From Limisphaerales bacterium (GTDB lineage Bacteria; Verrucomicrobiota; Verrucomicrobiia; Limisphaerales; JBGAJN01), in assembly GCA_044224905.1 (NCBI GenBank), contig JBGAJN010000002.1, positions 642,133 through 706,132 on the forward strand: a stretch of 64,000 bases of DNA. The letters run 5' to 3'. Both the position numbers and the translations under genes were made by a program. Positions within the stretch are counted from its first letter, which is position 1, and every line of letters starts with the position of its first letter. The notes below the pieces were generated by a model. That model had not been told where the DNA came from. It worked only from the letters and a program-made list of their open reading frames with translations, and did not search any database. Below are positions 7,682-17,230 of the stretch, one piece after another.

Positions 7682-10132
7682 TTGAACCATTTTTTGAGTT
7701 TCGTCTCCCCTCCACTTAAACCCAACCGCAAATCCCAAATCCGAATCGCGACGCTTATCATAGCGCTCTCGTTGGCCGCGGGTTTGCGTTCGGTCGCGGC
7801 GGAAAAATCTGACTCGGCAACGGCGCCCGACGCCGCCGCCAAGGCTCACACGACTTACCTTCAGGTGCTCCGCGAGAGCAAACGGTTTCCCACTGCTGCC
7901 ACCTGCGCGCAGTGCCATCCCGATCACTACTCCGAGTGGTCGGTGTCAGCACACGCGTATGCCATGCTGGATCCGGTGTTCAGCTCACTGCACACGCTGC
8001 TGGCCGACCGGACTTCCGGCTCCAACGGCGACTTTTGCATTCGCTGCCACAGCGAGGTCGGGATGTATCGCGAGGAGAAACTGCTCGGGAGCAGTTTGCT
8101 GCGTTCGCCCATCATGATCGAGGGCGTGAGTTGCGTGGCGTGCCATCGCGTCGACCGGGATTTCGGCAAGGCTAATGGCCGCATTTCGATGACCATGGGT
8201 TCGGTCACCGAACCGGTCTATGGCACGGGCGGCAACACCAACCTGAAGGCCGCCATCGATCGCAAGGATTTCGGTCTCGTCACCGACCCGGGCGAAATCG
8301 GCAAGCAGGTCCACAAGGACGCGATCAGGTTTCCATTCCTCGGAACCTCGGCAGCGTGCGCAACTTGCCACGAACTGGTCTCTCCCGGTGGCTTGCGCGT
8401 GGATAACACGTTTACCGAATACAAAAACTCACCGGCGAGCGCGCAAGGCACGACCTGTCAGGACTGTCACATGAGCCAGACGCCCGGATGGGCGATGCCG
8501 GCGGAGAAACGTCTCGCTGCGGATGGACGTGATTTGAATTTCGCTTTCGGTCCCGCCGCCAAGGTGCGCAATTCGCCACGCGATCCGAAGGCTGGATTAC
8601 CCACGCCACCACGCAAACGCACGAGCCACATGTTTGTCGGCCCCGACTACAGCATCGTCCATCCAGGCATATATCCGCACTCGCTGGAGGCGCGCGAATT
8701 CACGTTCGCGAATCGATTCCGCAAGACCGTTACCGATCAAAACTCGTCTGCGCCCGCGAATGCCAAGGTTGGCACCGCTGCCGAACAAAATACCGCCCGC
8801 GAAGCCGCGCTGATCAACGCCGGGGAAGATGCTCGTCGGCACGCGCTCTCGGACTGGATCAGCTTCCGCTGGTGGGAAGGTTGGGGCACACCGGCTTTCG
8901 AGAAGAAACTCTCCGCCGACGAACGTCAACGCCGCCTTGCCGGCGTGGGCTTTCCTTGGGCCGATCCGCAGGACGAAACCGGTTCGCGGCAACGTCGTGA
9001 AGCCGGGCGCGTCATTCTCAGTCGCCAATTCAATCTGTTGAACCGAGCCCACGTCGAACGCACGCGTCTCCTGCGCCGCGCGATTCAGCTGAAGGAATTT
9101 CAGATCGCCCGCGATGACGATTCGGGCCTGCGCTTCTCCGTCGACGTGCACAACGTGATGAACGGTCACTCGGTGCCGTCGGGCGTGGACGCGGATCGCG
9201 AAATGTTTCTTGAGGTCACGGTGCTGGATGCGCAGGGGCGCGTCCTCTTCCGCTCCGGTGACCGCGATCCCAACGGCGACATCCGCGACCTTCACTCCTC
9301 ATACGTTCACGCCCACGCGCCGAAAACCGATGCGTGGCTCGAAGCGTCCGCGTGGAGAACGAAGGCCGGCCTGCCGCTGCGCAGCGAAGACCGCCGCTGG
9401 GAACTCGACTCGCAATTGTTCCTGCTCCAATCGCGTTTCATTACTCACAACCTAGTCAGCGGCGAACGTGAGCAGGAATTGCCGCTCAACTTCTCGCACG
9501 ATCCCTTGCCGTTTATACGTCCGTCCGGAAAAGCGGAGATTCACACGGGCGGCGCCGGCGCGGTGCGGAAACAGAACCGCACGCTGCCACCGCTTGGCCA
9601 TCGAGTCGCCGAGTATCGCGTGGAAAAGGATCAACTCACCGGCGCGCGGCCTTATCGCATTGAACTGCGTTTCATTGTGCAGGCGATGACGGCGAACTTC
9701 GTCAAAGCGATGTCTCCCGTGGGCTTTGATTATAATCTCTCGGCTCGCGAAGTCGCCACGCGCCTGGTCTATGGCCATCAGGTCAACGATTCACCCGAGC
9801 CGACCCAACGTCGCGGCGGCGCCGTCACCGTCTGGCGCCAATCCATCCCCGTCACCGACGCCAGCCGCCGACTCGATCTGACGCCCACGCCCGCCGAGGT
9901 GCTCGACGTTCCGGAATCCGAGTATCCGTTTCCGCACACGACTGAGGCGGAAATTCACGCACGCGAAACCAAGGTCGGCACCGGCGCGGAAGCCCGCCAG
10001 TTTTTGCTCAAGCATCTGGGCCCCCTAATGCCGGAGCTCTGGCCCAACGGCGTACCGGAAGGTTTGCCATTTCTTCCGCCCAAAGACGCGAAGGCAACTT
10101 CTTCACCCAAGGCTACGGAGGGCAAGCCGTGA
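7682..10132 (+). CDS. Pentahaem c-type cytochrome with a large haem-free C-terminal region
   Basis: 816-aa ORF with a signal-like segment (IATLIIALSLAAGLRSVAA). Five CxxCH motifs (CAQCH, CIRCH, CVACH, CATCH, CQDCH) all lie in the first ~260 aa. The TTG start is uncertain. It is transcribed divergently from the tetrahaem gene. Confidence 0.75.
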   Translation: MNHFLSFVSPPLKPNRKSQIRIATLIIALSLAAGLRSVAAEKSDSATAPDAAAKAHTTYLQVLRESKRFPTAATCAQCHPDHYSEWSVSAHAYAMLDPVFSSLHTLLADRTSGSNGDFCIRCHSEVGMYREEKLLGSSLLRSPIMIEGVSCVACHRVDRDFGKANGRISMTMGSVTEPVYGTGGNTNLKAAIDRKDFGLVTDPGEIGKQVHKDAIRFPFLGTSAACATCHELVSPGGLRVDNTFTEYKNSPASAQGTTCQDCHMSQTPGWAMPAEKRLAADGRDLNFAFGPAAKVRNSPRDPKAGLPTPPRKRTSHMFVGPDYSIVHPGIYPHSLEAREFTFANRFRKTVTDQNSSAPANAKVGTAAEQNTAREAALINAGEDARRHALSDWISFRWWEGWGTPAFEKKLSADERQRRLAGVGFPWADPQDETGSRQRREAGRVILSRQFNLLNRAHVERTRLLRRAIQLKEFQIARDDDSGLRFSVDVHNVMNGHSVPSGVDADREMFLEVTVLDAQGRVLFRSGDRDPNGDIRDLHSSYVHAHAPKTDAWLEASAWRTKAGLPLRSEDRRWELDSQLFLLQSRFITHNLVSGEREQELPLNFSHDPLPFIRPSGKAEIHTGGAGAVRKQNRTLPPLGHRVAEYRVEKDQLTGARPYRIELRFIVQAMTANFVKAMSPVGFDYNLSAREVATRLVYGHQVNDSPEPTQRRGGAVTVWRQSIPVTDASRRLDLTPTPAEVLDVPESEYPFPHTTEAEIHARETKVGTGAEARQFLLKHLGPLMPELWPNGVPEGLPFLPPKDAKATSSPKATEGKP

Positions 10133-11688
10133 GCCGCATTACCTGCGACATTCGTCGCCGTAGAATTGGAAAAAAGCGCGCCACCAAGTTGCGCCGCGTT
10201 TTTAGTGTAAAATCAATTGCGGTGCTCGCGTTGATTGCTTCCGGCGTGTGCACGCAGTCGCAAGCCGAGACCAGTCCGTATGGGTTAAGCGAGCAGATCG
10301 TTCCCTACGAGCAATTCGGCAAGGGCCTTCTCGATCGCCAGCGGACCCTCACCGAGCGCCTCGACGACGCTTTCTTCTCCCAGAATCGCGAGCGCGAACA
10401 ATTGATCGAGCAGCGTGCGCTGAAAGACACCTACACAATACTACCCGACCGTCGCAGCTTCTTCGGCGGCGATCGTTTCCTCAGTCCGGGCCCGCTCACG
10501 CCGGGCGTGAAGCTTCCGACCGGCGCTACTTGGCGGCCGTCGTTCTTCGTGTTCGGCACGATGCGCACCGCGGTGCAGACGTATCATCAAGGCCCCGCCG
10601 ATATCAGCGAATGGGCGAACCGTCTCGACATTTACGGCAACCTCAGCCTTTCCGGCACCGAGCGCTTGCTGGTCGGATTCCGCCCCTTCGATCACAACGG
10701 CAACTACTCGGGATACACGTTCGAAGGCGCGGCGCCCAAGAAAGGTTGGAACAACGGACTCAATCTCGATCCCACCACCTTGTTCTTCGAGGGCGACTTC
10801 GGCGAAATCTTCCCGCGCCTCGATCCGAAGGATAAACACAACCTTGATTACGGCTTCTCGATCGGTCGGCAGCCCTTGCTTCTGCAGGACGGCATCATGC
10901 TCGACGACACGGTCGACGCGATCGGGATCACGCGCCAGCATTTGTATATTTTAGGCGCCTCTTCCGCGCGCGTCTCGGCGTTGGTCGGCCTTCACGATGT
11001 TCATCGCGGCGATCGTATCCGCGACAACCACGCCCACTTTTACGCCCTGTCGAGCGCCTTCGATTATGACGTCAACACGTTCGAGGTGGACGCCGCCTAT
11101 GTAGACGGCACCGACAACAGCGGCGGCGACGGCATGTATATCGGCTTGGGGCAAACCCGCCGCTACGGTCACTGGAATTCCACCCTTCGCGCGAACGGTT
11201 CGTGGGCGATGCAGCGAAACACGCCGGCGGTCAACAGCGGCTGGCTGTTCACGCACGAACTCTCGCGCACGATGTCCTACAATGCGGACATCGCGTATCT
11301 GAACACGTACGTAGGAGTCGATAACTACACTTCCGTCGGGCGCGACCCAACGACGGGCGGGCCGCTCGGACGAATCGGGCTTCTCAACCGCACCGTGGGC
11401 ATCGGTACCTACGGCACCGCGCTGAGCAACGGGTCCGGACGTTCTGGCGGCGCCTCTCTCGGCTACCAACACTTTTTCGACCCGCTTTTCTATCACCAGC
11501 TGCTCGTGGAAGTCGGCGTGCGCGTTCCCTACCGAGCCAGTGCAGGAGACACCACCGCAGCTTTGGGAGCCCAATACCAGTGGGGCTTCGGTCGCGGCTT
11601 TATCTGGGCTCTCGGCGGTTTCGGCTCCGTCGCCGAACGTGGCGCGACTGGATTCGGCGCGCGCACGGAGTTGCTGCGGAAGTTCTGA
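10129..11688 (+). CDS. Putative outer-membrane beta-barrel protein coupled to the pentahaem cytochrome gene
   Basis: 519-aa ORF whose GTG start overlaps the upstream stop (GTGA at 10129-10132). An alternative in-frame TTG at 10189 gives (M)RRVFSVKSIAVLALIASGVCTQSQA. Composition is G/Y/S/T/R-rich, and the C-terminus is ...ARTELLRKF. Confidence 0.5.
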   Translation: MSRITCDIRRRRIGKKRATKLRRVFSVKSIAVLALIASGVCTQSQAETSPYGLSEQIVPYEQFGKGLLDRQRTLTERLDDAFFSQNREREQLIEQRALKDTYTILPDRRSFFGGDRFLSPGPLTPGVKLPTGATWRPSFFVFGTMRTAVQTYHQGPADISEWANRLDIYGNLSLSGTERLLVGFRPFDHNGNYSGYTFEGAAPKKGWNNGLNLDPTTLFFEGDFGEIFPRLDPKDKHNLDYGFSIGRQPLLLQDGIMLDDTVDAIGITRQHLYILGASSARVSALVGLHDVHRGDRIRDNHAHFYALSSAFDYDVNTFEVDAAYVDGTDNSGGDGMYIGLGQTRRYGHWNSTLRANGSWAMQRNTPAVNSGWLFTHELSRTMSYNADIAYLNTYVGVDNYTSVGRDPTTGGPLGRIGLLNRTVGIGTYGTALSNGSGRSGGASLGYQHFFDPLFYHQLLVEVGVRVPYRASAGDTTAALGAQYQWGFGRGFIWALGGFGSVAERGATGFGARTELLRKF

Positions 11689-11769
11689 CCTCGTGTCCGG
11701 AATAAAGCTCGGCACTTCGCAGCCGCCCATTTAGCCGGCCCGTCGCCAAACAGCCCGCAAAACGGAAAA

Positions 11770-12651
11770 TCACCCTCGTTCACCAACTTGCGTTCCGAGC
11801 AACGCAACAAATGCCCGTGCCGCCGCGGACCACGGGTGGCCGCGGCGTGCGATCAATCCCAACGTGCGCTCGACGCGCGGTTCGCGCAGGCGCACGACCG
11901 TCAGCCCCTTCTGCGGTGTGCGCGCAGCCAACTCGGGCACGATAGCGAGACCGAGCCCGGCACCAACGAGCGCGCGTACGGTTTCCAACTCGCCACTCTC
12001 GCACGCGATGCGCGGCTCGAATCCCGCTGCGCGACAGGCCGCCAGCGCCGTATCGCGAGCGCGGCCCTTGTAGAAAACAAAGGACTCCGCCGCGAGCTGC
12101 GCTAGCCGGATGGATTTCTGCCGCGCGATCGGATGCTTCGTGGAAACCAGCGCGACAAATGCCTCGGTCACCAAGTCCCGCACGTCGTAGAGTTCCTTGC
12201 TGACGGGTAATTGGAGAAAGCCCAGCTCCGCACGACCGGATTCGACGAGCTCGGCGACTCGTTCGGAACTCTCTTCTACGAGCAACAGTTCCACCTTCGG
12301 ATGTTGCTGGCGAAATCCCCGGATGACCTCCGGCAACCAGCACGCACTCACGCTGGGAATCGTCGCCACGACGAGACGCCCGCCGCGGAGTTGCGCGACC
12401 TCGGCGACGGTTTGCTTAGCGCCCTCTGCTTGCGCGAGCAGCGCTTCGGCGCGCGGTAATAAGGCCTCGCCGGCGGCGGTTAGATGCGTTTGCTTGCGTC
12501 CGCGCACGAACAGTGGCGTGCCGAGTTCGGCTTCGAGATTTTTCATCTGCTGACTGAGCGCCGGCTGCGCGATGCGCAAACGCTCCGCGGCGCGGGTGAA
12601 ATTCTTCTGCCGTGCGATCTCGATGAAGTAGGCGAGTTGGTAAAGTTCCAT
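11770..12651 (-). CDS. LysR-family transcriptional regulator
   Basis: N-terminal HTH MELYQLAYFIEIARQKNFTRAAERLRIAQPALSQQMKNLEAELGTPLFVRGRK. The ATG at 12651 is preferred over the longer ORF start at 12693. It is divergent from the 12834-19754 gene set. Confidence 0.85.
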   Translation of the reverse strand: MELYQLAYFIEIARQKNFTRAAERLRIAQPALSQQMKNLEAELGTPLFVRGRKQTHLTAAGEALLPRAEALLAQAEGAKQTVAEVAQLRGGRLVVATIPSVSACWLPEVIRGFRQQHPKVELLLVEESSERVAELVESGRAELGFLQLPVSKELYDVRDLVTEAFVALVSTKHPIARQKSIRLAQLAAESFVFYKGRARDTALAACRAAGFEPRIACESGELETVRALVGAGLGLAIVPELAARTPQKGLTVVRLREPRVERTLGLIARRGHPWSAAARAFVALLGTQVGERG

Positions 12652-12722
12652 ATGGGCGTTTCTTGAGCTACGGATGAAACACGGATTGCACAAAGAGTTG
12701 ATGCGGTGCCATGCCGTAGCTC

Positions 12723-12760
12723 TGTTTCAGACGTGTTCAATCCGTGGCTGGTCTGAAACA
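12723..12760. promoter_or_regulatory. Perfect 10-bp inverted repeat in the LysR divergent intergenic region (candidate operator or leader hairpin)
   Basis: tgtttcagac (12723-12732) and gtctgaaaca (12751-12760) are separated by 18 nt. They lie between the LysR start (12651) and the aldolase-like gene start (12834). Confidence 0.3.
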
Positions 12761-12775
12761 TCCGATTTTCCAATC

Positions 12776-12794
12776 ATTAGCATCCGAAAATAAT
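12776..12794. promoter_or_regulatory. Candidate LTTR-type box ATTA-N11-TAAT
   Basis: attagcatccgaaaataat has dyad-symmetric AT-rich ends with an 11-nt spacer, 40 nt upstream of the divergent target gene. It fits the loose T-N11-A rule only, so support is weak. Confidence 0.25.
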
Positions 12795-12833
12795 CTTTTT
12801 CCTATCGTCTAGCCGCCGCTAGCCTCGGCGTCA

Positions 12834-13784
12834 ATGAATCAGCCGACGATCGATCCGATCAAGATGTTGCGCCCGCGTCGGCGCATCGAAGGTTTCTCCG
12901 CCATCCTCCTGCCGTTCCTCGCCAATGGCGACGTGGACTGGGTCGGGTTCACCGCTCACTGCCGTCGCACCGTGCAAGCAGGCCTCGGCCCCGCGGTGAA
13001 CATGGACACCGGCTTCGGCAATCTCATTGACGACGCCACCAAACGCCGCGCGCTCGAAATCACGCAAGCCGAATGCGCCGGCCGCAGCTACGTCGCGGGC
13101 GCGTTCGTCGGCGATCAACCTGGCGAGGCCTTCAACTTCGACGCCTACGCGCGGCAGATGGAGATGATTCAGAAGCACAGCGGCACGCCCGTCATTTTCC
13201 AAAGCTACGGCCTCACGCAACAGAGCGACGATGCCATTGTGGCCGCCTACGCGAAGCTCGGGACTGTCGCGGAGAGCTTCGTGGGTTTCGAGTTGGGCAC
13301 TATGTTTGCGCCGTTTGGGAAAATTTATTCGCTCGAAGTCTATCGCGGCTTGATGGGCGTGAAGCAGTGCATCGGCGCGAAGCACTCCTCGCTGCGCCGC
13401 GACCTCGAATGGCAGCGCCTCCAGCTTCGCGACGCCACGCGCCCTGACTTCCGCGTTTACACCGGCAACGACCTCGCCATCGACATGGTGATGTATGGCA
13501 GCGATTACCTGCTCGGCCTGTCGACCTTCGCGCCCGACGTGTTCGCGAAGCGCGACGCGGCGTGGCTCGCGGGCGACCCGGCGTTCTACGAACTCAACGA
13601 CCTACTGCAATACCTCGGCTTCCTCGCCTTCCGCCCGCCGGTGCCCGCCTACAAGCACAGTGCCGCGATGTTCCTCAAACTCCGCGGCTGGCTCGGCTGT
13701 GACGACACGCATCCGAAGTCCGCGAAGCGGCCCGAGTCCGATCGGGAAATTCTGGCGGACATTGTGAAGCGGCTCCCTTCGTGA
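12834..13784 (+). CDS. Dihydrodipicolinate synthase-like (DapA-superfamily aldolase-fold) protein
   Basis: 316-aa ORF. The N-terminal pattern [53 protein letters not shown] resembles the DHDPS/NAL layout, but the GTTGE motif is replaced. Confidence 0.55.
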   Translation: MNQPTIDPIKMLRPRRRIEGFSAILLPFLANGDVDWVGFTAHCRRTVQAGLGPAVNMDTGFGNLIDDATKRRALEITQAECAGRSYVAGAFVGDQPGEAFNFDAYARQMEMIQKHSGTPVIFQSYGLTQQSDDAIVAAYAKLGTVAESFVGFELGTMFAPFGKIYSLEVYRGLMGVKQCIGAKHSSLRRDLEWQRLQLRDATRPDFRVYTGNDLAIDMVMYGSDYLLGLSTFAPDVFAKRDAAWLAGDPAFYELNDLLQYLGFLAFRPPVPAYKHSAAMFLKLRGWLGCDDTHPKSAKRPESDREILADIVKRLPS

Positions 13785-13859
13785 CTAGTAGCAGCCGACC
13801 TGAGGAGGCTCCAATCAACTGACCTTCAAAGTGAGTCTCGCCTTCTCGCCCGCTCCCAA

Positions 13860-14717
13860 ATGAAAATGAAACCGCGCTCCATCGGACTTATCGGCCTCGG
13901 TCTCGTGGGCAGCGCGTTGGCGGAGCGGCTACGACGCGCGGGTTTTCGAGTCGTCGGCTTTGATGTGGATGCGTCACGGCGGCGGACGTTCAATAAACTC
14001 GGCGGCCACGCGGTCGAGTCCGCTGCCGAAGTCTTCGCTGCGTGCGACCGTGTGATTCTCTCATTGCCGAACTCCGACGTGGTCCAGTCCGTCCTGCGCG
14101 AAGTCGCGCCGCAGCTTCGTCGCGGGCTGCGAATCATTGACACTACCACCGGTGAACCAGATGCCACTGCGCGACTCGGGGCAAAGCTCGCGCGCCGCGG
14201 CGTGCGTTACCTCGATGCCACCATCGTAGGCTCCAGCGCGCAAATTAGCGCTGGCGACGTGCTCGTTCTCGCCGGTGGCAAGCGTGCGGACTTCGCGGGG
14301 TCGCGGGATGTTTTCGCCACGTTCGCGAAGCAGTCGTTCCACGTCGGCCCTTGCGGCAGTGGCGCACGGATGAAGCTCGTCGTGAATCTCGTGCTCGGCC
14401 TCAACCGCGCCGTGCTCGCGGAAGGGCTGGCCTTTGCCAAGCACCTCGGCGTTCCGCAGAAGGACGCGCTCCGAATCCTGAAGGCCGGCGCAGCTTACTC
14501 GCGCATCATGGACACCAAGGGTGAGAAGATGATCGCGCAGGACTTCACGCCACAGGCGAAACTCTCGCAGCATCTGAAAGACGTGCGGCTGATGCTGGCC
14601 GCCAGTTCGATTCCACTGCCGCTGACCACGACGCACCGCAAGCTGCTCGAAAAGGCCGAGATGCTCGGCTTCGGCGAGGCGGACAACAGCGCGATCATCA
14701 AGGCGTTTTTCAAATGA
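13860..14717 (+). CDS. NAD(P)-dependent oxidoreductase, 3-hydroxyisobutyrate/6-phosphogluconate dehydrogenase-like family
   Basis: Rossmann N-terminus IGLIGLGLVGSALAERLRRAGFRVVGFD, then SLPNSDVV...IDTTT and the family C-terminal helical domain. Confidence 0.8.
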   Translation: MKMKPRSIGLIGLGLVGSALAERLRRAGFRVVGFDVDASRRRTFNKLGGHAVESAAEVFAACDRVILSLPNSDVVQSVLREVAPQLRRGLRIIDTTTGEPDATARLGAKLARRGVRYLDATIVGSSAQISAGDVLVLAGGKRADFAGSRDVFATFAKQSFHVGPCGSGARMKLVVNLVLGLNRAVLAEGLAFAKHLGVPQKDALRILKAGAAYSRIMDTKGEKMIAQDFTPQAKLSQHLKDVRLMLAASSIPLPLTTTHRKLLEKAEMLGFGEADNSAIIKAFFK

Positions 14718-15946
14718 TGAGCGCTGCCCAACGATACCTCGTTCTCGTCACGGCGTTCCTCGCGCTTGTATTCGACGGCGTGGAACTCGGCCTGATGCCC
14801 GTGGCGTCGCTATCGGTCTCGAAGAGTCTGCTGGGCGCCGCGTTCACGCCGGAGCTCGGTGGCGAGTGGTTCGCGCGCTTTACGGCGGCGCTCATGCTTG
14901 GTGCGGCCATCGGCGGCATCGCGCTCGGAAATCTCGGCGACCGCATCGGACGTTCGCGGGCGATGGGCGTGTGCATTCTCTTCTACTCTGTCTTCGCCGC
15001 GCTCGGCGCCTACGCGAAGAGCCAGGAGCAAATGCTCGCGCTGCGCTTCCTCGTCGGCCTCGGCGTGGGCGGCTTGTGGCCGAACGGCATAGCACTCGTC
15101 TCGGAGTGCTGGTCCAGCGCTTCGCGGCCGCTCGTCTCCGGTGCAATGATGGCCGGGCTGAACGCGGGCATTCTGCTGCTTTCGCAACTCGCGCGGCACT
15201 GGTCCATCACGCCGGAATCGTGGCGTTGGATTTTTCAATTCGCCGGAGCGCCCGCACTGCTCGGCGTGTTCGTGTTGGTGGCGTTGCCTGAATCGCCGAA
15301 GTGGCTGGCCTCGCGTGGGACGAAGAAGTCCGTGATGCCGTTGCGCGAATTGTTCCAGCCGCAGCTCATTCGCTACACGCTCGTGGGAATTGTGATCAGT
15401 TCGATTCCGATGGTCGGCGCGTGGTCGGCGAGCAAGTGGATGATTCCGTGGTCCGACAAAGTCGCGGGATCTGCGAACGTCGGCTACAAGGCCGCCACGC
15501 AAGGCTGGTGGGCGCTCGGCGCGGTGCTCGGCAGTTTCGCCGGAGCGCAACTCGCCAGCCGACTCGGTCGGCGTCTGAGTTATGCGCTCATCAGTCTCGT
15601 CACCGTGACGATCACCGTCGCCATGTTCCAACTCACCGCGCCGATGCAGCCCGGGTTTCACGCCGTCGTCTTTGCTCAGGGCTTTGTGGCGACGTTGTTC
15701 TTCGGCTGGTTGGCGTTGTATTTGCCGGAACTTTTCCCGACCCACGTTCGCGCGACCGGCAGCGGTCTCGCCTACAATTCGGGCCGCTTCGCCACGGCGT
15801 TTGGGGTGCTGGGCGCGGGCTTTCTTTTCAGTGGGCTCGGCGGGAGCTATCCACGCGTGGGGACGATCTGCGCGCTGATCTACGCGCTCGGCGTCGTCGC
15901 GATCTGGTGGGCGCCAGACACAGGCGGGAAACCTTTGGAGGACTGA
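14714..15946 (+). CDS. MFS transporter
   Basis: 410-aa ORF with about 12 hydrophobic segments and an MFS-type loop motif GNLGDRIGRSRAM. Its start overlaps the upstream stop (ATGA). Confidence 0.75.
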   Translation: MMSAAQRYLVLVTAFLALVFDGVELGLMPVASLSVSKSLLGAAFTPELGGEWFARFTAALMLGAAIGGIALGNLGDRIGRSRAMGVCILFYSVFAALGAYAKSQEQMLALRFLVGLGVGGLWPNGIALVSECWSSASRPLVSGAMMAGLNAGILLLSQLARHWSITPESWRWIFQFAGAPALLGVFVLVALPESPKWLASRGTKKSVMPLRELFQPQLIRYTLVGIVISSIPMVGAWSASKWMIPWSDKVAGSANVGYKAATQGWWALGAVLGSFAGAQLASRLGRRLSYALISLVTVTITVAMFQLTAPMQPGFHAVVFAQGFVATLFFGWLALYLPELFPTHVRATGSGLAYNSGRFATAFGVLGAGFLFSGLGGSYPRVGTICALIYALGVVAIWWAPDTGGKPLED

Positions 15947-15949
15947 CCG

Positions 15950-17170
15950 ATGGCGAAACCTCGATCAGCACTTCGAATCTCCCGGCGTAGCTTCGCCCGG
16001 CATTTAGCCCTCGTTTCGGCGACAGCGGGCATTGCTCCATCTGCTTTCGCTGCCGAGAAATCTTCCTCTGATCGCGAACTCCTCGCGCGCCTCGCTGCCA
16101 CACGGCCGAGCCAGCTCGCGAAGTTGCCCGCTGATTTCAACGACCGCTTCGGGTCGGCGCACGTGAGCGGGAAGTATTGCCTCACGCAGAAACCGTTCCT
16201 CCTCGAAGGCGCGGAGAAACTGCTCTCGCTCGGCACGCGGGTCGGCAAGTTTTGGTTCGAACCCGCCCGAGTCCGGCAATCGTATCCGTTCCACGGCGAA
16301 TGGGGTAGCTACCGCACGTTGGTCGAGTTGGCGAAGTCGGAATACTTTGCGCAGCTTTGGCAGATGCGGTTCACGACGTTCGTGCTCGAAGCGATGGCGC
16401 CGTCGGAGGAAGGCTGGCGCAAGGCGGGTTTGCCCGATGATTTTTACGCGGCAGTCACCCGCGAATACTTCGATGTGACGGCTCACTTCTATCGCCTCTT
16501 TCGCGACCGCGCGGTGACGGTGGTGCTGCAAAACTGGGAGGGCGACTGGCTTTTGCGTGGTAGCGATAAGAAGTGGAATCCGCCGCCGGCCGATTGGAAG
16601 CAACGTTGCCAACAGATGCAACGCTGGCTCGCCGCACGGCAGGCGGGCGTCACGAAGGCGCGCGCGGAATTTGGTGCCGGAGCCAAATGCGTCGTCGCGC
16701 ACGCGGCCGAGGTAAATCGCGTGGACGACGCTTTCAAGGGCATCCCGACGATGACGCGCCACGTCCTGCCCGGCGTGGAGATGGATCTGGTTTCCTACAG
16801 CGCTTACGACGGGATGTATGGCGGCCCGCTGCATTTCTGGAAGTGCCTCGAGGAAATCCGCGCGCACGCCCGCACCGGTCCGCTCTTCGGTCCGGGCGCG
16901 CTGGCTATTGGAGAATTCGGCATTCCGGAAAATGCTTCGCCCAAGCGCATCGCTGAACGCTACGACGAGGCGCTCGGGGTCATGCTCGCTGCCAATGTTC
17001 GCTACGCCGCGCACTGGGAACTCTACTGCAACGAATTCGCCACCGACGGCGGATCGCCCACGCCGGGGAGCGACCCGAATCTCATGCGCGGCTTCTGGCT
17101 CGTGAAGCCCGACGGTTCGTTGAGCGAGGGCGGCAAATATCTTTCCGCGCTGTGGCAGCGAGCTAAGTGA
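15950..17170 (+). CDS. Tat-signal secreted protein, possible clan GH-A-like glycoside hydrolase
   Basis: Twin-arginine leader (SRRSFARHLALVSATAGIAPSAFA). VLQNWEGDW and AIGEFGIPEN resemble the acid/base and nucleophile strands of TIM-barrel glycosidases. The function is inferred only. Confidence 0.45.
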   Translation: MAKPRSALRISRRSFARHLALVSATAGIAPSAFAAEKSSSDRELLARLAATRPSQLAKLPADFNDRFGSAHVSGKYCLTQKPFLLEGAEKLLSLGTRVGKFWFEPARVRQSYPFHGEWGSYRTLVELAKSEYFAQLWQMRFTTFVLEAMAPSEEGWRKAGLPDDFYAAVTREYFDVTAHFYRLFRDRAVTVVLQNWEGDWLLRGSDKKWNPPPADWKQRCQQMQRWLAARQAGVTKARAEFGAGAKCVVAHAAEVNRVDDAFKGIPTMTRHVLPGVEMDLVSYSAYDGMYGGPLHFWKCLEEIRAHARTGPLFGPGALAIGEFGIPENASPKRIAERYDEALGVMLAANVRYAAHWELYCNEFATDGGSPTPGSDPNLMRGFWLVKPDGSLSEGGKYLSALWQRAK

Positions 17171-17181
17171 AACCATCGAAC

Positions 17182-17230
17182 AAAACTTTATGAGTGAACC
17201 CTTCAAACTGACCCGCATCCCGTCGCTGAA
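17182..17230 (+). repeat. 49-nt perfect direct repeat, copy 1
   Basis: aaaactttatgagtgaacccttcaaactgacccgcatcccgtcgctgaa is identical to 18259-18307. It contains an ATG plus 13 codons (MSEPFKLTRIPSL). Confidence 0.95.

Noticed and set aside
16254-16264. tRNA T-arm-like ggttcgaaccc; a similar string occurs near 59395
   Set aside because: Both lie inside well-supported CDSs. No complementary T-stem, acceptor stem or anticodon arm can be built, so no tRNA is called.
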